Assembly (NCBI RefSeq): GCF_006345805.1
Contig: NC_043009.1
Span: 15,562,001 to 15,626,000 of the forward strand
Reading direction: 5' to 3'
DNA length: 64,000 nt
Source: Octopus sinensis
Lineage: Eukaryota
Below the pieces are notes generated by a model, which worked only from the letters and a program-made list of their open reading frames with translations, was not told the DNA's origin and ran no database searches. Shown in pieces: positions 54,577 through 64,000 of the stretch (its first letter is position 1; the number at the start of each line of letters is the position of its first letter). The position numbers and the translations under genes are program-made.

Positions 54577-56279
54577 AAGGGTTTCTTCCAGTTTCCGTCC
54601 ACCAAATCCACTCAAGGCTTTGGTCGGCCCGAAGCTATAGTAGAAGATACTTGCCCGCAGTGGACTGAACTCAGAACCATGTAGTTGTGAAGCAAGCTTA
54701 TAACCACACAGACAATCCCTCGCCTAATTTTTATACAAGCAACATTTTAATTTACTATTCTGAAACTTATTGTTTTGGATTCTCCATACTTTGCTGAAGA
54801 GCACTAGTGGTTTTGACCTGAAGTTAGTAATTTCGAAAACATATTCAACATAACATTATATTGTATATAAGTAGCTCAATAGTAGATAACAACTGGACAT
54901 TTGACAGACATTTTAAAGTCTATAGCAAGCAATGAACTACTACTCAAAAGTAGTACATGAAGTCACTGTTAAGAAGAACTACACATGATATTTGGTTTAA
55001 AATGATAACTCTACCTAAGAATGGTAATTATTACAAACAAATATTTTACAAGGTTTAGAATGCTACATTCTACAATAATGCAACGTATGTGTACTTTTAA
55101 AAATTCGGAAATTCATTAAAATATTTAAAGTTATATGAAATCGAGAATCTGAAATGAAAGACCCGCCAACCGCGTCATTCCAGTATGACGGTATTTGGTC
55201 TAATTTAAAATATCATGTTGACATCCCTAAAATTTCTTTAATATTTGCATATTTTATAACTATACAATTTTTAATTTCTTGTCATTTATTGTTCCGGATT
55301 TTATGCCTGCTTCCGATTTTCTAGTATATGCAAACTGTGTTTATATCCATAGAGAGCACTTTGTTTTTATAGTGAATATTCAGTTTTAATGTGATAAATT
55401 TTTACATCTTAGCATTCATATTTCTATTTTTTCAAAAGCAAGTTAGTAATCGATAATATAATTGACGTAAATTTCAAATGCTAAATATTTAATAACTTGA
55501 GATATTCAAAAGTGCTGGCATTAATTTTCCCAATGTTTCCACATCACCTCATTGCGTATCGATGCAAATTCTTTCAAACCTATGTATATCTATGCGTATC
55601 TCGTTCGTGTCTTTTTACGCATAGCCATTGGCGCGCGCACTCGTGTCTATATATGCATTTAAATTCGCAGCAGGGCTTCTCATGTAACACTTTCTGCGTA
55701 TTGCTTTTATGACGTTCCATCACCCCTCGAGTATTTCTATTCATTTTCTTTATTGTTGGGACAATATTTCATTAACAAGAACGGTTCAGAGATTAGGTTC
55801 TTCTTCACCTCATTTATTTTTAGTTGTATTACGCTCTTACCTGAAGACATATCGTATTTACAGTTATTCTTTAGCTCTCCATTTTCTTTTTGCATTAAAT
55901 TTGCTTTCAGATATATGGGCTTACGCTTCGTTATCTGAGTCTATCAACTTGACATATTACACTGTCTTCTTTCCTTCTTCTATGTATTTCATTGTCAGCT
56001 CTTATTTCCACTGACACTTTTTATATACTGTCTATCATACACACATGGTTTTGCGAGCTATTCCTTATCAGTTACTTTTAGTTTCATCCCATTATATTGA
56101 ACTGTGTCATTTCCCTTTATTTCATCTTTTCTTAATTTCATTTTTTGTATACTAGCATTTCAACATTTCACTATACTTTGCATCTCATGGTTTTTCGTCA
56201 AGATATATTTTCGCTTTTTTTCGCCACTATTAAGTAAATTTTCTCTATCAAAGATATGTATCGTTAATCTGTAAATAAA

Positions 56280-56530
56280 TTGTAGCTGAATGGTTCAGAC
56301 GTTCTCTCTTAGCAACCAGAAAATCTGGGTTCAAACCCGCAAGTGTTCTTAGGTAAATGATGTTTTTATAACCTCGGATCAAACTATACATTTTTAATGA
56401 AGCTGGGTAGACGGAAACTGTACAGAAGCCTATCAGACATATTGCAGCTGTAATTCAAATGTCTCCGTCATGTCGCACACGGTGTCACGTTACATCTGCC
56501 CGACAATTACGTTATGGACATATTTGCATG
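56280..56530 (+). mobile_element. Decayed SINE: family B head/body plus family C-like tail
   Basis: tagctgaatggt..gggttcaaaccc..ggtagacggaaactg..gtcgcacacggtgtcacg. Confidence 0.6.
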
Positions 56531-57484
56531 TAGTATACTAACTAGCATATACTTAATTCAGAAGCAGGGTATTGAATTGATCAAACAAATGAATAATCGC
56601 TGATCGACAGAATTCCTTCACCACTTCGATCTTCCTCGCTCACACGTATACTCTCCACTTCTGTACTCATCATTTGAACTCCCGTCCCAAAATTTTACTT
56701 TCTTCTCACAATGTCGTGTATAATCACACATATTCACAGACACGTGCTGTTCCTTCCTTTTCTATCTCTCTTCATCTCCCTCTCTCTCTCGGCTTCTCTC
56801 TTTCTCTCTCTTTAAATTATATACGTTCAACAACGACCAGCCCCAGTTAAGCCTTGTATAATGTCAGCTGCTGTTTAAGACAGGAATAACTTTTATCCCC
56901 GAAGTTTTAGTCTTAGTTATGCTGTCGTAGTCATGCTAAGGATGTACTTTACCCGAAAGAAATTTGTCTGTTGCAGTACGGCCCACTAACTGAGCGACTG
57001 TGAGAGAATTAGCAGAGTGCCGACCACGAATGGATAGTGTGCAGTGTGGTGGTTTTGCGTTTTTTGCTGTTAATAGATATCCAGTTCTCTGTCGAATTGC
57101 TTCACAGTCTCGAGCGAGCTCCATCAGAGCCTGTCTCAAAAACTTAATAGGAAACTACAAAAAGAAGAGTTGAAAGAAGAGGGAAGATCGTAGAGTGGAC
57201 GTTTGGAAAGAACATTTGCAAGGTATTCGGGTCGAAAGCTTTGTTAACGTTTATTGCTAAGACATTACGTTAAAGGAACGTCTATATGGTGAGAAATTAT
57301 CATTGAGTGAGATGGGGGAAAGAAAAAATAACAGGCTGTAATAACTGGACCCTCAGAAATATACTAAGAAGTCTTTGACATTTCGTGGCAACGTTCTTCT
57401 ATAGAGAAGAAAAAGGAGGAAAAACAAAACAGATGGAGAGGGAAAAATGGAGTAAAAATGTGCCTGAATTCACAATTACATATG

Positions 57485-57519
<35 letters not shown>

Positions 57520-57560
57520 AACACAAATACACACACACACACATACATACATACATACAT

Positions 57561-57609
<49 letters not shown>

Positions 57610-57613
<4 letters not shown>

Positions 57614-57910
57614 TGGATGACGTACAGGTATTTTATATTACAAGAAATGAGGTTTTATATTTACAGATATTTATTTATTTGTATATTACATGTTTTATAC
57701 ATCATATATCATGTTTCATATACCATATATCAGCGCTTTTGTCCATTCTAGTGGAGTTGTCAAATTGAACTCCACTAGAATGGACGAAAGCGCTATTTAT
57801 GATATATGGCATATGATATATGATGTACAAAAACATGTAATATACAAATAAAAAATATCTGTAAATAGAAAAGCATCCGAATTTCTGAGTACCTCATTTT
57901 TTCTAATAAA
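57610..57910. repeat. Palindromic fold-back (MITE-like) element between two (TA)n tracts
   Basis: agcgcttttgtccattctagtggagtt / aactccactagaatggacgaaagcgct, extending imperfectly over 57658-57867. Confidence 0.85.
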
Positions 57911-57959
57911 TATATATATATATATATATAAGCAACAGGTCCAGTTCGCTACATAGAAA

Positions 57960-58270
57960 AATCAATGTTGAAGAGGAACAACACAAGTTGAAAAGATAGA
58001 CGGAACTATAACAAAAGGGAAACTGGAAAAAAAACATGATACAAAAAATATTGGCAGGTAATTTCCTCTTCACCCAATGACCTAGAAGTCGTAGCCGTTT
58101 CACACATTTATCATTAACATTACTCGAACCCGACTTGCACCAGAACATTAAGCTTCTGCAAAAAGCTAACGCATGAATAAAGGACAAATACAAGAAAGCT
58201 AAGATAATAATGATAATAATAATAATAATAATAATAATGATGATAATAATAATAATAACAATAATAATAA
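57960..58270 (+). repeat. Unclassified (AAT)n-tailed repeat, copy 1
   Basis: Homologous to 59390-59633 (-) and 60680-60920 (+). Confidence 0.75.
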
Positions 58271-58521
58271 ATGTAGCAGTAAGAGAATTATAGAATTATA
58301 ACAGAAAAAACGCGTTTCGATTATACAAGAAGAGGAGAATAAATATACATACACAACGAAAACAATAGAAAGAGAATTTAGGCCATGAAACGAGCGTAAT
58401 GAGTTAGAGAAAAGGACAAATAGAAAATCTTAGCGGACGGAAGGAAGCGTTGCAGTTCTGTTTTGGCCTAACTGCGCCCAGAATAGATACGATTGCTGTA
58501 GCACTTATTATTATTATTATT

Positions 58522-59050
58522 ACTGAGTGAGAGAGCAGTGCATTCCATCAAAGTGACACTGGGGTAAAATATACGAAGCCCAGCATACACATCGTGGGGG
58601 TACACTAGGCACATGCATCACAACCATATGTGCGCGACATGGTGATCTCATATCAAGATAGACAGCACATGACCTTGCAGGTGGGGTCCAGTTGGAATTT
58701 TGCTTCTGGTCGAGTAACCTATCCCACTCTAAAGGTCCCTGAATAAGGATTGTTTAAGGATGTTGAACGAAACACCCATGTTTCCAGAGGTGAATTATTC
58801 AAACCCCAAAGAATCCCTCTCAACACATGGCTATGATGCTCCCCCAATACTTCTGCTCATATCGTCAGCCACTAAGTGACATGCTCAACAGGTTAAGGTC
58901 AAACAACTGACAAGCAAATATGTGGTATTGAGCAGAATATTTGCTGTAGCCCATCTTTTATACCAAGACAAAACAATGTGGATGATAACACTTCCAAACA
59001 GTTAAAATCAGAAGCCATAAGAGTAACTGCCTTGTACTGCATCAGGGCAT
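58522..59050. mobile_element. ~530-bp insertion flanked on both sides by (ATT)n
   Basis: Sharp compositional boundaries inside a trinucleotide tract; no recognisable ORF. Confidence 0.5.
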
Positions 59051-59092
59051 TTATTATAATAATAATAATAATAATTATTATTATTATTATTA

Positions 59093-59151
<59 letters not shown>

Positions 59152-59162
59152 TATTATTATTA

Positions 59163-59253
<91 letters not shown>

Positions 59254-59266
59254 CTATTATTATTAC

Positions 59267-59361
<95 letters not shown>

Positions 59362-59391
59362 TATTATTATTACTATTATTATTATCATTAT
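59050..59391. repeat. (ATT)n microsatellite
   Basis: Direct reading. Confidence 0.97.
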
Positions 59392-59633
59392 TTTAGCTTT
59401 TCTTTTTTTGTTGCTGTACACATTCTTTTGCTTTTCCCAGAAGTCTAATTCTCTGGTGCAAGCCGAATGGAGCAGTCTCAATGTTAAATGCGCGGAACCG
59501 CTGCGACTTATCGATCACTGACTGAAGAAAAAATTAGCTGTGAATATTCTTTGCATCTTGTTTTTGTCCAGTTTCACGTTTGTTATGGTTTGTCTAATTT
59601 TCCTTATATTGCGTTCTTTCTGTTCAACCCTTG
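59390..59633 (-). repeat. Unclassified (AAT)n-tailed repeat, copy 2
   Basis: Minus strand ..ctggacaaaaacaagatgcaaagaatattcacagctaatttt..agtcagtga..gaaaagctaaaataat. Confidence 0.8.
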
Positions 59634-59636
59634 ATT

Positions 59637-59727
<91 letters not shown>

Positions 59728-59759
59728 TGTGTGTTTGTGTGTTAAAGTCAGCCAAAATA

Positions 59760-60030
59760 ATGTTTCTGTCCAGGGAAAAAAAACAGCTGCAGAAAGGGAA
59801 GCATACCAAGAAACGAACAGACTGCGCAGTACTGAAGTCAGAGCACATCAAAGTGATTAACAAAGGTATGCACGGCTGATAAGGAATAGGATCTCTACTG
59901 CAGAACAAAGAGCAGTTGTAACAGTTCTTATGATCCAGTAGTTCGTTATGCAGATGACAATAGAGTTTCCATTGGTGCAATAACAACTGAGTGCATACAA
60001 TGTAAAGCAAGGAAGTGCCCAATTTTTAGG
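59760..60030 (+). mobile_element. Helitron RepHel N-terminal remnant
   Basis: Charged repeats (EREAYQETNRLRSTEVRA / QRYARLIRNRISTAEQRA) followed by YDPVVRYADDNRVSIGAITTECIQCKARK, resembling the YDP..IG...CxxCxA zinc-finger lead-in. Confidence 0.65.
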
Positions 60031-60329
60031 GTAATTAACTAAGTGTACAGATTTAAGTGAAATTTTTGAAGTTATTTCTGTCAGTAAATTATGAACTTAC
60101 TTTTATCAGTAATTATACAATTATAGATACAGAGAGATAGATAGATAGATATAGATATAGATCGATATAGATATAGATAGATATAAGTATAGATATATAT
60201 ATAGAAAGATACAGGTGCTTACACTTATCAAGTATTCACTGTAAATTTGCAGTACCTACTTAATATACAGAGATAGATAGATATAGGGATTAGAGATGGA
60301 TAGAGAGATATAGATAGATAGATAGATAG

Positions 60330-60622
60330 ATATAGACGTCACTGACGCCAGAAAACCGGAAGTAAATATTTAAAAGAAACTCTCGAAGACGTGAATCTAA
60401 TACAAAAAAGAAATATTTACCTGGCTTTTCCACGTAACCAGGGACGGGTGTTTCTGCCCACAGTGGAGGTGGGGTGTTACTCATTATGTAAAAGCTTTTA
60501 TGAGTCTAAAACCATCCCTGGAATATAAGTAATGTATGTTCCCAGTTTGGAGAAAATCAGTTGAAAAATACAGCTGTTATAATCTTATGCATACACATAG
60601 AGAAAGGGAATTATATTGTAGA
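60330..60622 (-). mobile_element. Possible non-autonomous Helitron 5' end
   Basis: Minus strand a|TCTACAATATAA...ctgattttctccaaact; no 3' CTRR end identified. Confidence 0.35.
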
Positions 60623-60679
60623 TACGCACACACCCTTTCACAGACACACACGCACGCACAAAGACACATACGTAAGTGA

Positions 60680-60920
60680 TGGGTTGAACAGAAAGAATGC
60701 AATAAGGTAAAAGATGAGACGAAAACACATCAACCAGAGAACAAACAGGAAACGCAAGATACGGAAAATTAGACGAAACCATAACGAACGAGTAACTGGA
60801 CAAAAACAAGATACAAGAAATATTCGCAGCTAATTTCCTCTACAGTCAGTGACGGATACGTCGCAGCAATTTCGTGGACTTACCAGTTATACAGCGACAA
60901 CAACAAGAAAGCTAAAATGA
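60680..60920 (+). repeat. Unclassified (AAT)n-tailed repeat, copy 3
   Basis: gggttgaacagaaagaa..ctggacaaaaacaagatacaagaaatattcgcagctaatttcc..agtcagtga..aagaaagctaaaat. Confidence 0.8.
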
Positions 60921-60926
60921 TAACAC

Positions 60927-60979
<53 letters not shown>

Positions 60980-61132
60980 TTAATAATAATGAGAAGAAGA
61001 AGTAGAAGAAGAAGAAGAAGAAGAAGAAGAAGAAGAAGAAGAAGAAGAAGAAGAAGAAGAAGAAGAAGACGAAAAATGTATAATAATAATAATAATAATG
61101 ATGATGATGATGATGATGATGTTGACAATAAT

Positions 61133-61752
61133 AATAGGGTACGACAGTATTTATATTGGAAAAATCTTAACACTACTAAATCATCCTGAGCCAGTAGCTG
61201 GCTGAAGGTAAATATGTCACTAGCGTCTGGAATTTTCCAGTCAACACTGACAGAACGATTAAGGCTAATCGACTAGACATAATTATTAAAGACAGGGAAG
61301 AAAATACTTATAAGACTAATAGATGTAAGTGTTGCCACTGATAAAAGTATACCTGTCAAGGAATTTGACAAATTATGTAAATCTAAGTACCTGGAAGTTA
61401 AAATAAAAAATATGTGGCATCTTAAAGCCAGAACTGCTCCTGCTATTTTGGATGCCCTTGTTATGATAAAAAAGGAATGCCAGAAACATCTAGATAATAT
61501 CCCAGGAGAACCACATCTCAGAGAAATTCAAAAGATGGTGCTGACAAGTATTGCCCACATCCTTAGGTAAACCCTATCTATTTAAATATCTGTGTTGTAT
61601 TACATGGAGATAATCGCTACTGCCCTCGTTACGCCCTCATCCCAAGCTTTCAGTCATAGTTTAACATCAGTTATCCTTTAGTTGCCTTAGGACGCTGGTC
61701 GTGTCTCGGTGTGTGAATGTAACTAACATACAGATTAAAAGTAAATAATAGT
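61133..61752 (+). mobile_element. Dong/R4-like LINE 3' end (REL domain)
   Basis: RVRQYLYWK, WNFPVNTDRTIKANRLDIIIKD, LIDVSVATD, EIQKMVLTSIAHILR; preceded by (AAT)/(AAG)/(GAT)n. Confidence 0.9.
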
Positions 61753-61873
61753 AAGTGCTACAACAAACGTGTCTATTCTGCGCGCAATCAGGTCGAAAAA
61801 GAACTGCAAAACTCCTGTTCACTGACATTTTCCATGTCTCCTTTCCTTTTCCTCATTAAGTTCGCCTGATGGC

Positions 61874-62295
61874 CTATAAGGTGAATTCAAAATAACCCAT
61901 TATTAGGTTCGCAAGACCAGGAGCTGCTTTCGGCCCCATCGCAATTCCGCATTTCTGACGATAGCATGTGTCATCAAATAGGAAATAATTGTTCTGAAGT
62001 ATAAATTTTAAGGATTCAATAATAAAGATCTGGTTTATGCGTTGTGGGAGTAATTCGGGGTACCTTTCCAACCAGAATTTAATTGCTTTTATTCTATAGT
62101 CAAGGGGGGTGTCGGTGTAAAGATTGATAATAGCGAGGGTAACCAATATTGCCTCTTCATTAATTGTTTTTGGTAGGTGTTCTAGCATGTCTAAAACATC
62201 CCTAATGAAGCTTTTGATGTATTTCAGCAAGGTTTTCAGTAGGATGTCTAGAAATTTGCTTAGGCGGTGGGTTTCACTGGCTGGCCCATCTACAT
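61874..62295 (-). mobile_element. Penelope-like element reverse-transcriptase fragment
   Basis: [69 protein letters not shown]; abuts (TA)n. Confidence 0.9.
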
Positions 62296-62300
62296 GTATA

Positions 62301-62407
<107 letters not shown>

Positions 62408-62711
62408 GTACGTATGTATGTATGTATATATATATATATATATATGCATATATATGTATGTAAGTATGCATGTATATATGTATGTATGTGTCTATGTATG
62501 AATGAATGTATGCATGTATGCATGTCACACCCCACGAAAACTTTATGGAGGACTAAGTCTGTTTGCATATTCTGGTAAACTTCATCTGCCAACAATATGG
62601 TGGAACTCCGACCCTCTGAAACTGCAATCGAATATGTAGCATCATACTTTCTCCCAATTTTTGATGTGTTTCTATCCTGTTTATTGTTGCTGCGTACATA
62701 TATATGTATAT

Positions 62712-62801
<90 letters not shown>

Positions 62802-62993
62802 AAATTAAAATCAAAATGAGGGTGAAAAATTGGATATTAATTTGATAACATCAATTTTTAACACCAGTGGTCTAGAATATAAGAAAATGAGATTCAGTAA
62901 ATTCAGTGGTTGAGACCATAGCGGATCTTTTTCTAGCATAAGGGTTTCTACATAGTGGTTAAAAATTCCCTCTTATATTTATGTATGAAATAC

Positions 62994-63124
<131 letters not shown>

Positions 63125-63127
63125 AGT

Positions 63128-63235
63128 GAATTGAAGAAATGGAGTTGAACGAAGATTGAACGAAGATTGAACGAAGATTAGAATGCAATAAAAGGAATTC
63201 TGTTCAATCTTCGTTCAACTCCATTTCTTCAATTC
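63128..63235. repeat. 34-bp inverted repeat next to (TA)n, with an 11-bp unit repeated three times
   Basis: gaattgaagaaatggagttgaacgaagattgaac / gttcaatcttcgttcaactccatttcttcaattc. Confidence 0.9.
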
Positions 63236-64000
63236 GTGGAGGATTTAAGTAAAATTATACAAATATTTCCAACTGATTAAATAAATTCTATTTATTTACG
63301 CAGCTGAAAATAGCCCTGCATTTAAATTGATGTAATGACTGCATTGTTCAATTAAATGGAGCTGCTTGAAACGGTTGTACTGCATCACCTCTGGATATCC
63401 TGTTGCTAACCATATTTTGAATTTGTACGGTTAATACCGCTCTAATCTTTGGTGCTTCAGCCTAGGTACCTAATTCCTCTGAATCTCAAAAACCCTATTC
63501 TGTAGAAAGATTTGGCACTCAGCTACAGTAACCCACGCCTACATGAACACATTATGAGTGCGTGTCTGGTGTCGGTGAGGGTGTGAGTGTGGATGAGTGT
63601 GTTTGCTGAAATATGTGTGAAATACTTTTGCAATTGCTACTTTTATTTCATTTATCTTGCGCATAGACACTCGATAAATCAATAAGCAATTCAGGTTCTT
63701 TTTCTTCCAACATACCAAATCCTCATGTTACACAGAGGAAGCACAGAAAAAAAAATAATAACCCAGTGTACCATCCAGAAAAGCAAAGGTCCACAGATAT
63801 GTTCGTAAACCGAAATAATTTCCATAAACTATTACATATAAATCATCAAATTCTGACACACGAGAAAGCGGTGGTGGGAGGACAAACGAGATAAAGCAAT
63901 TTACTTTGCTTTGAACAATATTTTGAAAACATGCTGCCTGTGTGCTTATCACCATCTCAATAAACGTGTGTGTTGGTTTGATTTGATTTGTTTTTGCAGA

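Larger units (their letters stand above)
51915..54725 (-). mobile_element. SINE family B split at its internal (TA)n: tail 51915-52170, head 54573-54725
   Basis: Both halves match the reverse complement of family B in the correct order around the insertion. Confidence 0.85.

Noticed and set aside
58120-58145. tcgaacccgacttgcacca resembling a tRNA 3' end
   Set aside because: T-stem does not pair, spacing to CCA is wrong and the motif is not retained in the sister copies
63728-64000. 75-aa minus-strand ORF and an acceptor-like tttttgcag at the window edge
   Set aside because: ORF unrecognisable; downstream sequence unavailable

Overview
Eukaryotic, AT-rich, repeat-dense DNA with no convincing host protein-coding gene. 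The SINE types, microsatellite load and TTAGGG repeat suggest a cephalopod (probably Octopus); this is inferred from repeat content only. Almost all ORF-track entries are microsatellite read-throughs. The window is a retroelement graveyard: about ten decayed REL-endonuclease (Dong/R4-like) LINE fragments mostly bordered by (AAT)n, one RTE 3' fragment, Tx1/L1-like ORF2 remnants, a Penelope-like RT fragment, three tRNA-derived SINE families, a mariner MITE and Helitron remnants. Most notable: (1) a ~2.4-kb hammerhead-bearing insertion (52171-54542) whose internal hairpin has dense A-to-G changes on the same strand in both arms, the pattern expected if an ADAR-hyper-edited RNA was reverse-transcribed into the genome; (2) three diverged ORF1-only (HAL1-like) elements with AAGA-initiated target duplications, two in tandem at one site, one sharing its 3' tail with a SINE family; (3) several fold-back elements in (TA)n tracts and a perfect 104-bp inverted repeat. 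Alignments were done by eye; boundaries of decayed elements are approximate.
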